The notes under the pieces: generated by a model | What the model saw: the letters and a program-made list of their open reading frames with translations, nothing else | Database searches by the model: none | Told to the model about the DNA's origin: nothing | Shown: positions 1 through 7,648 of the stretch, one piece after another | Position numbering within the stretch: the first letter of the stretch is position 1 | Layout: each line of letters starts with the position of its first letter | Position numbers and translations under genes: made by a program | DNA from: Candidatus Thorarchaeota archaeon | GTDB taxonomy: Archaea > Asgardarchaeota > Thorarchaeia > Thorarchaeales > Thorarchaeaceae | Reading direction: 5' to 3' | Length of the DNA stretch: 13,049 nucleotides | NCBI GenBank assembly: GCA_016840855.1 | Contig: JAEORO010000137.1 | Coordinates: forward strand, 1-13,049

Positions 1-1160
1 GTGGATGAGTCACCTTTTGCCAAGACCAGACTGTCATAGACACCAGGACCTAGCCATATAGGTGCTGTAGGATCAATCCAGCCGGGAACAGGTATTGCGC
101 TGAAGTCAGACACGTCATTTAGGATGACCTTCAGACCTGTTTGGCTTTCAAGACCCCATAAGGACCAGAAAGCCACATAGATTGCAGCATCTCCACTCCC
201 AGAAACATCATTAAATGCAATGAGTGTATCACTGAATCCTCCATGTACACCAATACCACCCCATAGACTCTCGTCAAGCTCTATACTATTGAAAGCAATA
301 GTTGATTCTAAATTGCCGAATTCTCCAGTAGATAATGGACCATAGTCTAAGACGTTTACCAGGTCATAACCCCAGTCCCAACGAGTATATCCTTGGATTT
401 CATTGAACATGATATCAACTAAACCGGAAGCACCAAATAGTGTAGTCTGTGCCACCATTATTGCAGCTCCAGTTTGGTAGTTTTCAGCAGAATCATAGAT
501 ACCAACAATTTTGTTGTGGCAGATTATTACAGAAGAGTCGTCGAGATCGTATACCTCGACGCCATGCCTTGCTACATCAATAATGTTGTGAGAAATCACA
601 ATCTTACAGCTACCAAATGGACCACCAAGATAGATAGCCTGTCCGACGTCGTAGAATTCGTTGTGTTTTACAATGATTTCTGAGTCAAAGTTGTCATAGG
701 TTGACACACCAATTTCAACATTATAAAACTCACAGTGTGTGACCCAAAAATCACCATCTGTGATTATTTCAAGTGCGGTAACAGAATCAAGTTCTGTTGT
801 AAACGACAACTTCTCCACCTTTAGGTTAGAACCAGAAGGCATATTGAAGGAAAACATTGTGTCTATGGATCCAACTGCATGAATCATCGTTTTCGAACTA
901 GTTCCTTTTAGGATCCCTTCAAATCCTGAAGTTACGATTGTATTTGCGATGTAGAAGTCACCTATACCAAGCTTCACTGTTTCCGACCCAGCAGCATCAA
1001 TTGCTGCTTGAATATTCGATACATCTTCCAATCCAGTCATATCTCCAGAAGGATAGACAATGAAGGCATCTATACCTGCATCCGTTGAGAGTGGAACAAA
1101 TCCGAATAGAAGTAATAGACCGATAAAGAAGATCAGAAGTACATTTCTTTGATTTTTCAA
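1..1160 (-). CDS. Secreted right-handed parallel beta-helix (pectin-lyase-like fold) protein, 3'-truncated by the window edge (>=386 aa)
   Basis: Manual translation from TTG at 1160 (SD GAGGAGGG at 1174-1167, 6 nt upstream) is open to the edge: MKNQRNVLLIFFIGLLLLFGFVPLSTDA (signal peptide), DVSNIQAAIDAAGSETVKLGIGDFYI (typical beta-helix N-cap), then ~24-aa coils with an Asn ladder (VKHNEF, ISHNII, ICHNKI, IMFNEI, IAFNSI, IAFNDV). Absent from the ORF track because no stop lies in the window. Confidence 0.85.
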   Translation of the reverse strand, partial: MKNQRNVLLIFFIGLLLLFGFVPLSTDAGIDAFIVYPSGDMTGLEDVSNIQAAIDAAGSETVKLGIGDFYIANTIVTSGFEGILKGTSSKTMIHAVGSIDTMFSFNMPSGSNLKVEKLSFTTELDSVTALEIITDGDFWVTHCEFYNVEIGVSTYDNFDSEIIVKHNEFYDVGQAIYLGGPFGSCKIVISHNIIDVARHGVEVYDLDDSSVIICHNKIVGIYDSAENYQTGAAIMVAQTTLFGASGLVDIMFNEIQGYTRWDWGYDLVNVLDYGPLSTGEFGNLESTIAFNSIELDESLWGGIGVHGGFSDTLIAFNDVSGSGDAAIYVAFWSLWGLESQTGLKVILNDVSDFSAIPVPGWIDPTAPIWLGPGVYDSLVLAKGDSS

Positions 1161-1215
1161 TCCAATCCCTCCTCTTCGATTAATATGAAGATTATTACAT
1201 GTCATATACTGACGA

Positions 1216-1230
1216 TTTTATATATTTTTC
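1216..1230 (-). promoter_or_regulatory. Putative archaeal BRE/TATA promoter for the beta-helix gene
   Basis: Minus strand reads GAAAAATATATAAAA (purine-rich BRE + TATA), ~55 nt upstream of the TTG start. Confidence 0.55.
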
Positions 1231-1260
1231 TAAATTTAAATACGAATAGAATTCTAATAT

Positions 1261-1276
1261 TTTGTCAGATGACAAA
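1261..1276. promoter_or_regulatory. Inverted repeat TTTGTCA-GA-TGACAAA, candidate operator
   Basis: Perfect 7-bp arms with a 2-nt spacer, overlapping the BRE position of the TTTAAA box (1279-1284) upstream of the RHH gene. Confidence 0.5.
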
Positions 1277-1284
1277 GATTTAAA
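1273..1284 (+). promoter_or_regulatory. Putative BRE/TATA promoter for the RHH gene
   Basis: CAAAGA-TTTAAA ~33 nt upstream of the start; SD-like GAGGAAGG at 1308-1315. Confidence 0.5.
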
Positions 1285-1316
1285 CGAGAAAATCTCTTCA
1301 ATCTATTGAGGAAGGT

Positions 1317-1658
1317 TTGTTGACAAGAGGTCGGAAAAAAACAACCAAGAGTGAGATTGGCCAGTCGTTGAGAGAGCAAATTATGGGCACTAGTGCAAAG
1401 GAAGATTTCAATCTTGACAAACGGGACATTCACATCATGACACGTCTAAGTGAGAGTATTGTAGAGGTTGTTGATGCACTTGTCACACTTAATGTGTTCA
1501 AGAGTCGTTCTGAGGCTGTGGCAGCTTATGTTGAGAATTCTATCGTGTCTAATAGTACATTGTACGAGAAGATAGTTGAACAAGCAAAAGCAGTTGAAGG
1601 GATGAGAGATAGCGCTATGGAATCAGTGCTGGAAACACTTCAGAAACCAGACAAGTAG
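1317..1658 (+). CDS. Ribbon-helix-helix (CopG/Arc/MetJ-like) transcriptional regulator with C-terminal helical/coiled-coil region
   Basis: HIMTRLSESIVEVVDALVTLNVFKSRSEAVAAYVE matches the RHH strand-helix-turn(F-x-S-R-S-E)-helix pattern. The true start may be the second TTG at 1320, which has better SD spacing. Confidence 0.75.
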   Translation: MLTRGRKKTTKSEIGQSLREQIMGTSAKEDFNLDKRDIHIMTRLSESIVEVVDALVTLNVFKSRSEAVAAYVENSIVSNSTLYEKIVEQAKAVEGMRDSAMESVLETLQKPDK

Positions 1659-1747
1659 AGTATGCGGACAGACCAACTAAAACGAAAGATAAATCGCTGA
1701 ACCTATTTCTCACGTATAACTTTCAAGAACAGCAGGCGAAATGGGCT

Positions 1748-3259
1748 ATGAAACCAATGGGGACAATAACAATGGATTTCCAGTTTATTGGGATGTCACC
1801 TAAGCAGTTCCTTATCAAAATCATGAAACATGCTGTAGATTATTCCACATATGTTGATCTTCTTTGTAAGCATGTGATGGCTCAAGATGATTCGGATGAC
1901 AAACTTGTCCTGTTAGCCCTACACCATTCAGACAACCTGGGTAAAAGACATCTCTATTCGAAAATATTGGACAAATATCGCAATTGTGATATCTTCTACC
2001 CATACTATCTTGCAAACTTAGTCGCTGAAAAGGATGAATGGGTCAATATCCTCGCGGAGATTGAACGGGTCACTCAAAAAAGCGATAATGAATGGGTAAG
2101 ATATGGGTACTTGATTCTTTCATATTGGCTTGCACACACACGTGCAATTGATGGATTTATTGCTGAGAAAGCAGAGGTACAGATTGAGGAACTAGTTCAG
2201 AAGAATGATTCACTGCGATGTTATCTTTCTCAATTGCATTATCTCAAGTCTCAGAGACTGAGATATGAAGGAAATGTGGAGAAGGCGATTGAAGCTTGTG
2301 ACGCTGCACTTGATTTAGCCAGAGAACATGATGATAGATACTTCGAGTCACGTGCCTTGAAAGAGCTGGGAGCTCTCATAGGATTCTACTCCTTTGGGGC
2401 AAATCGAATTGAAGAATCAAAACCACTTCTTCGTGAAGCAAGAGAAATCTGTGATGAACTAGGGGACATTCGCGGGAAAATGGAAGTACTAAGTTATATA
2501 GGAGGCATATGTGCAACGCGGGGAGAATTCTTAGAGAGTAAAAACATCAATCTCGAGGTGCTTAGTTTACGAGAGAAACTTGGGGACATCCCAATGACTG
2601 AATTCCATAATGCCGCAATGGCAGCAATAGAACTAGGAAAGGGCAGAGAGGCTCTCGAATGGGCAATGGCGGGATTGGAAAACGTGGATTCAAGACCACT
2701 ACTATTACCTTACTTACACCTGGATAAGGCAGCTGCACTAATCCTCTTGAACCGTCTAGACGAAGCAGAAGTGCATGTTGACATAGCTAGAGAACTTAAC
2801 CTTAAGGCGGGATTGGAGTCAGGCTTAGCCTTCGAATATATGATTGGTGGGCTGCTTGAGAGAGCAAGAGGTGATTATGATTCAGCTTTTCACAGCTTTG
2901 AAAGCGCCTTGGAAATAAACGAGAGGAATTCAAGATTTCCGAGAATGGTCATATGCTTAATGAGATTAGCTGAAACAGAAGTAGCAACATTTGAACCAAC
3001 TTTGAAAAATCGAGATGATGAAGTATCAGGAATATGGTTAGAGCGATTTGATCGCTTGGCTCGAGAGAAAGAACTGCCAGGATTCATCGGGTATGCTTTA
3101 TGTTTGAAGAGTGAGTTGAGATTTAAACAAGGTCGTCATGAAGAAGCACAGCAGCTTATTTCAGAAGTCTTGCGTATGTCAGCCATACAAGGTTTAGCTC
3201 CTCTTCGTGACAAAGCATTAGTAATCCAGGATTTACGTGTACCCCGAGAGAGGTCTTAG
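1748..3259 (+). CDS. Tetratricopeptide-repeat (TPR) all-helical protein, 503 aa
   Basis: Repeated TPR-like units (GNVEKAIEACDAALDLAREHDD; RGEFLESKNINLEVLSLREKLGD; LGKGREALEWAMAGL; RGDYDSAFHSFESALEINER; QGRHEEAQQLISEVLRM). No signal peptide, HTH or NTPase motif seen. Confidence 0.85.
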   Translation: MKPMGTITMDFQFIGMSPKQFLIKIMKHAVDYSTYVDLLCKHVMAQDDSDDKLVLLALHHSDNLGKRHLYSKILDKYRNCDIFYPYYLANLVAEKDEWVNILAEIERVTQKSDNEWVRYGYLILSYWLAHTRAIDGFIAEKAEVQIEELVQKNDSLRCYLSQLHYLKSQRLRYEGNVEKAIEACDAALDLAREHDDRYFESRALKELGALIGFYSFGANRIEESKPLLREAREICDELGDIRGKMEVLSYIGGICATRGEFLESKNINLEVLSLREKLGDIPMTEFHNAAMAAIELGKGREALEWAMAGLENVDSRPLLLPYLHLDKAAALILLNRLDEAEVHVDIARELNLKAGLESGLAFEYMIGGLLERARGDYDSAFHSFESALEINERNSRFPRMVICLMRLAETEVATFEPTLKNRDDEVSGIWLERFDRLAREKELPGFIGYALCLKSELRFKQGRHEEAQQLISEVLRMSAIQGLAPLRDKALVIQDLRVPRERS

Positions 3260-3277
3260 TTAAAGACCCAAAAACAT

Positions 3278-5125
3278 TCAATCGGGCGTCCTCTTTATAA
3301 TTATAGGACTTCCAATAAGTAAAGTGACAGTAGCTCCAACTCCTCCTGCGATGATTGCTAGGAAGAAGTTGAACTGCGGAATTGATGTAGTTGGACTTGG
3401 CGTGATAGTTGAATTTTCTGATGGAAAGAACCAGAAACTTGGATTCGCTGAAATCTCAGTAAACTCCCCAACTTCGAAGTCTGTCAAAGTGAATGGCCCA
3501 GCTGTAACATAAGGTTCAGATGGATCGAATACTGGATTCCAAGAGGCCCATTTAGAAGCATCAATACCTCCTTTATCATTGAAGATATGATGAGGTAGAA
3601 TATATTCGTACGCAAAGTTACAGATATGCCAGTAAGACTCGGTGTTGAACTCGATGACTGCTCTATATGTTGTTGGTGCATATGCGGTAACTAGATCACC
3701 CATCCGAGCTGATGCAGGATTGCCACATTCTCTGCTTTCACTAAGATAGAGAAAAGTAATTGCAATATCTAGTGCTGTGACGGGGGTGCCATCTGTCCAA
3801 GTTGCATTCGTTACTATGTCCACTGTAAATCGAGTATGACCTTCTTGCACATCTTGATTCTCACTATGGGTTTCTACTAGTAGTTCCTCGGCAAGATAAG
3901 GGATTGCTTCAAAATTTGGGCCTTTCAAATAGAGCCTTGGCCATAAGTTGTCCAAAATGGTTGAACTATAGACATCAGTACCAAGAAAGACATTGAATGA
4001 ATCAGGTTCGCCAAGAGCAATTGATACAGTACCTCCTCGAGTACCATCAATCTTGTGGATTTTCTTTAAGGTCCATGTACCTGCTATGTATCTATTGATA
4101 TCCTCAACATGTCCAGTGAACGTGTCGTTCCGATAGGCTTGCAGCATGTAATTCTCATACACCACAAGTCGAGGTACATTGTATTGGAGAATCATTTGCA
4201 TCTCAGCAGCAGCCTCGTAAATCTCCTCGTAGGTTTCACCATAGAGCAGTTGGTTTCGCCAGGAGTCATAGGTTGAGTTCTTGAAATTCGTCGGGTTCAA
4301 GTACGGGTCATCAGCATACTCACTCCAGTAATAATAGGCAAGCCATTCTACATTATCGTCATGAAAATTGTACGCGTGGCAAATCATATCATAATCACCA
4401 TGATTATCTAATCTCGACATGAGTTCATAGAAGGCGGTACTACTTACTCTTGCATTCACATCTAAGGTTCTAAGTGAGTTAACACCAATCTGAGCGATAA
4501 CACCCATGATATCTTCCACACCAGTAGGGAACTCAAGCACTACTTCGAATGGTGAACCATCAGGAGCGTTTCTGTAACCTGTCACTGGATCAATTGTGAA
4601 ATTAGCAGCATCAAGAATTTGAGCACCTTTTGAAATTTCAGCTAAGTAGTAGTGGTATGGCATGTCATCTTCAATGCACCAATCACTAACATAGGGAACA
4701 AGAGAATCATGGTCCTGTGAGAGTCCATAAAAGATATCTGTTGTCACTCGAGATTTATCAAAAGCATACGCGAAAGCTCTGCGAAATGCACTGATATTTA
4801 ACGGATAGTCTCGACAATTTATGGTGATACAACCATAACCATTTCTCAGGGTGCTGAGGAGGGATATATCTGGATCTGCATCTACTATTTGAATATCATC
4901 TGGTTTCAGTGAATTGTGGATTATATCGATTGTACCAGTTTGAAGTGCTTGAATTTGCAAATTATAATCGTTGATGACTTTGAAGACAATTTTGTTCACA
5001 TAAGGGCCTACATTGATATTACTCAGCACATCGGTAGCAACTACATCGATAACTGGAGAGCATGTCATGAAGAGAAAAGCTGTAACCATGGCGATTGCAA
5101 CTAGTTGCCTATCAATATAGCTCAT
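3278..5125 (-). CDS. ABC-type peptide/nickel (family 5, OppA/DppA-like) substrate-binding protein, circularly permuted, C-terminally membrane-anchored (615 aa)
   Basis: Start reassigned to ATG 5125 (MSYIDRQLVAIAMVTAFLFM, signal peptide) because the track start at 5239 overlaps sdhB. Family-5 motifs: PYVNKIVFKVI, ALQTGTIDI, FRRAFAYAFD, GGTVSIALGEPDSFN, PYLAE, WTDGTPVTALD, AGPFTL, NPSFW. Ends in an S/T/P linker, a TM helix and a basic tail. Confidence 0.9.
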   Translation of the reverse strand: MSYIDRQLVAIAMVTAFLFMTCSPVIDVVATDVLSNINVGPYVNKIVFKVINDYNLQIQALQTGTIDIIHNSLKPDDIQIVDADPDISLLSTLRNGYGCITINCRDYPLNISAFRRAFAYAFDKSRVTTDIFYGLSQDHDSLVPYVSDWCIEDDMPYHYYLAEISKGAQILDAANFTIDPVTGYRNAPDGSPFEVVLEFPTGVEDIMGVIAQIGVNSLRTLDVNARVSSTAFYELMSRLDNHGDYDMICHAYNFHDDNVEWLAYYYWSEYADDPYLNPTNFKNSTYDSWRNQLLYGETYEEIYEAAAEMQMILQYNVPRLVVYENYMLQAYRNDTFTGHVEDINRYIAGTWTLKKIHKIDGTRGGTVSIALGEPDSFNVFLGTDVYSSTILDNLWPRLYLKGPNFEAIPYLAEELLVETHSENQDVQEGHTRFTVDIVTNATWTDGTPVTALDIAITFLYLSESRECGNPASARMGDLVTAYAPTTYRAVIEFNTESYWHICNFAYEYILPHHIFNDKGGIDASKWASWNPVFDPSEPYVTAGPFTLTDFEVGEFTEISANPSFWFFPSENSTITPSPTTSIPQFNFFLAIIAGGVGATVTLLIGSPIIIKRTPD

Positions 5126-5151
5126 ATTGTCGATAATTGAGCTATTGTTTC

Positions 5152-5165
5152 TTAATAAAATTCCT
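5152..5165 (-). promoter_or_regulatory. Putative TATA box for a leaderless SBP transcript
   Basis: Minus strand AGGAATTTTATTAA ends ~27 nt upstream of ATG 5125; no SD precedes that ATG. Confidence 0.5.
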
Positions 5166-5172
5166 ACATTTG

Positions 5173-5904
5173 TCAGAGATTCTTTAGTTTCTTGATTGCT
5201 CCTCCGGGTGCCACTCCCTTTGGACAGGCTTTTACGCAATTCATAACGAGGTCACATAGAGGTGCACCTTTGGGTTGTTTCGCTACCTTTTCATACCTAT
5301 TAGGTTCTGAAGTTCGGGTGTCTTCATGAAATCTCCAAGCCTTTGCGAGGGCTGCAGGACCGACATATTCCTCATTCTCGGCATTGACAGGACAGGAACC
5401 ATAACAGAGTGCGCATAGAATGCAATTGACATATCGCTCTATCTTTTTCCGCTCAAGGATACTCTGTGACCTAGGAGTTTCGCCTTCCTCAATATCACTC
5501 CAGAGATTCATGCTTTCGAGGGCTTCGTAGAACTTTGTCATATCCACAATGAGGTCTTTCAATATAGGCATGTTAGGCAATGGCTCAACAAGTATTTCCA
5601 GCTCTGGATTCCATCCAACAGGCTTTTCTGAAATTCCTGAAAATGGCTCGAGTTTCATATCACTCTTCTTCACTTCTCTAATCTGGGTTCGACAAGCAAG
5701 GCGAGGTTCTTTGTTGATAAGCATGGAACAACTTCCGCATACAGCCCCTCTACATGAATACCTAAATGAGAGGGAATGGTCCATCCTGTCATGGATTTGA
5801 AATAAAGCATCAAGCACTGTCATGCCCTTTTTTATATCTACTTTGTAGAGGTCATAATGGCTGATAGAACCGCCATTTCTACTTCTAGCAATCCTGAAAA
5901 TCAT
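5173..5904 (-). CDS. sdhB: Succinate dehydrogenase/fumarate reductase iron-sulfur subunit
   Basis: CRGAVCGSC...LAC ([2Fe-2S]), CILCALCYGSCP and CDLVMNCVKACP ([4Fe-4S]/[3Fe-4S] pattern), KDLIVD, GPAAL. Start overlaps the sdhA stop (TAATG). Confidence 0.95.
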   Translation of the reverse strand: MIFRIARSRNGGSISHYDLYKVDIKKGMTVLDALFQIHDRMDHSLSFRYSCRGAVCGSCSMLINKEPRLACRTQIREVKKSDMKLEPFSGISEKPVGWNPELEILVEPLPNMPILKDLIVDMTKFYEALESMNLWSDIEEGETPRSQSILERKKIERYVNCILCALCYGSCPVNAENEEYVGPAALAKAWRFHEDTRTSEPNRYEKVAKQPKGAPLCDLVMNCVKACPKGVAPGGAIKKLKNL

Positions 5905-7592
5905 TAGTAGCTCCTCTCCTTCACTTCAAACATTCCCAAGTTGACATCAGTGAGTTCAGTCTTGATGTAATCTTCAACCTTCGTGAATAGAGAATGTTTC
6001 AAGAAATTCTTGTCATCACGTTCGGGGTAATCAAGTCTCCAATGAGCTCCACGACTTTCCCTCCGCATAAGAGCCCCCATTGTTATAACTTCAGCAAGAT
6101 CTAACATGTTCTCGAGTTCAAGTGTCCGGATAAGTGCAAAGTTGAACTTTTCATCACTTCTTCCAACACTTACATTTTTGAATCGTGTTTTCAACTCTCG
6201 AATCATCTTCAAAGCAGCTTCGAGACCATCTGATTTTCTATAAACACCCACGAGCACATCCATTGTTTGACCCATAGTTTCCCGTATATTTGCTGTTGAA
6301 TCGCCACCTTCATGAAGGAGCAATGTTTGAAGTCTTTCACGGAAGTCAAAAGCTTCTTGTCCAACAACAGCGGGGTTAAACGATTTTACAGATTCAATAT
6401 ATTCTGCTACGGCTTTACCAACAACTCTACCAAATACCAATGTTTCAAGAAGGGAATTCCCGCCAAGCCTATTTGCGCCATGGACACTCATACATGCGGT
6501 TTCTCCAACAGCGAAAAGACCTGAAACAAGTGTAGCACCATGTTTGTCTGTATGAACCCCTCCCATCGAATAGTGCTGAGCTGGTTGTATCGGGATTGGT
6601 TCTTCGATTGGGTCGATACCAGCAAAATAAAGGCATATCTCTCGAATACCCGGAAGCCGTTCGATAATCTTCTCTTTACCCAATTGTCTAAGATCAAGAT
6701 GCACATATTCATCCTCGAATCCTTTACCCTCAAGAACTTCAGTTCTAATTGCACGTGCAACAATGTCTCTAGGGGCAAGTTCCATTTTTTCAGGAGCATA
6801 TTTGTCCATGAACCTGTCACCAAGTGCATTGATGAGATAACCACCTTCACCCCTTGCTCCCTCAGTTATCAAAATACTTGACCCAAACAGACATGTGGGA
6901 TGGAATTGAACAAACTCCATATCTTTCAGAGGAGCTCCTATTCTCAGAGCAAGAGCGCATCCATCACCAGTATTGATGAGTGCATTTGTTGAATGCCCGT
7001 ATACTCTGCCAAATCCGCCTGTTGCAAGAACAACAGCTTTTGCGGCGAAACCATGGACTTCTCCAGTAGCAAGTTCTAGAGCAGTCAAGCCGCAGATCCT
7101 ATCATCCGACCGGACAAGTGATGTGACGAACCACTCATTATAGAATTTTAAACCCCTCCTCAACGCCTGTTCGAAGGTAGTGTGTAATAGATTGTGTCCA
7201 GTCTTGTCCGCCGCATAGCAAGTTCGTGGAAAAGCCGCACCACCAAATGGTCTCTGAGCAATCCTACCATCTTCTGTTCGCGAGAAAGCTGTTCCCCAGC
7301 GTTCGTTCTCGATTACGGCTCTTGGAGCCTCCTTCGCAAGGATTTCAACAATATCCTGATCAGCAAGATAATCAGAGCCCTTTACAGTGTCAAAGGCATG
7401 AGCCTCCCATGAGTCATCTTCACCAAGTGATGCGTTTATTCCTCCTTGAGCAGCAACTGAATGAGACCTCAATGGATGAACCTTGGACATGATAGCAACA
7501 TCGAGTTTGTCGCTGAGCTCAATTGCAGTACGTAATCCTGCAAGACCAGCCCCCACGACGATGACATCATGCTTGTAGGTAGAAATTTTCAC
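5904..7592 (-). CDS. sdhA: Succinate dehydrogenase/fumarate reductase flavoprotein subunit
   Basis: GAGLAG Rossmann motif, RSHSVAAQGG (His for covalent FAD), QFHPT, LITEGARGEGG, ELAPRD, HYSMGG, HGANRLGGNSL, ESRGAH. GTG start directly preceded by AGAGGTGA. Confidence 0.96.
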   Translation of the reverse strand: MKISTYKHDVIVVGAGLAGLRTAIELSDKLDVAIMSKVHPLRSHSVAAQGGINASLGEDDSWEAHAFDTVKGSDYLADQDIVEILAKEAPRAVIENERWGTAFSRTEDGRIAQRPFGGAAFPRTCYAADKTGHNLLHTTFEQALRRGLKFYNEWFVTSLVRSDDRICGLTALELATGEVHGFAAKAVVLATGGFGRVYGHSTNALINTGDGCALALRIGAPLKDMEFVQFHPTCLFGSSILITEGARGEGGYLINALGDRFMDKYAPEKMELAPRDIVARAIRTEVLEGKGFEDEYVHLDLRQLGKEKIIERLPGIREICLYFAGIDPIEEPIPIQPAQHYSMGGVHTDKHGATLVSGLFAVGETACMSVHGANRLGGNSLLETLVFGRVVGKAVAEYIESVKSFNPAVVGQEAFDFRERLQTLLLHEGGDSTANIRETMGQTMDVLVGVYRKSDGLEAALKMIRELKTRFKNVSVGRSDEKFNFALIRTLELENMLDLAEVITMGALMRRESRGAHWRLDYPERDDKNFLKHSLFTKVEDYIKTELTDVNLGMFEVKERSY

Positions 7593-7648
7593 TCACCTCT
7601 ACATACATTATATGCTGGTCAGTTATAACGTGTATGGCTAGATAATTC

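Noticed and set aside
474-683. 69-aa plus-strand ORF
   Set aside because: Antisense shadow of the long beta-helix ORF, which has an SD, a signal peptide and a coherent repeat structure.
5126-5239. 38-aa N-terminal extension of the SBP in the ORF track
   Set aside because: It overlaps sdhB by 67 nt and buries the signal peptide; ATG 5125 has a correctly spaced TATA-like element.
5173-7592. Thiol:fumarate reductase (TfrAB), L-aspartate oxidase (NadB) or APS reductase assignment
   Set aside because: The B subunit lacks CCG domains, and the A subunit has the covalent-FAD His motif and is coupled to a three-cluster SdhB.
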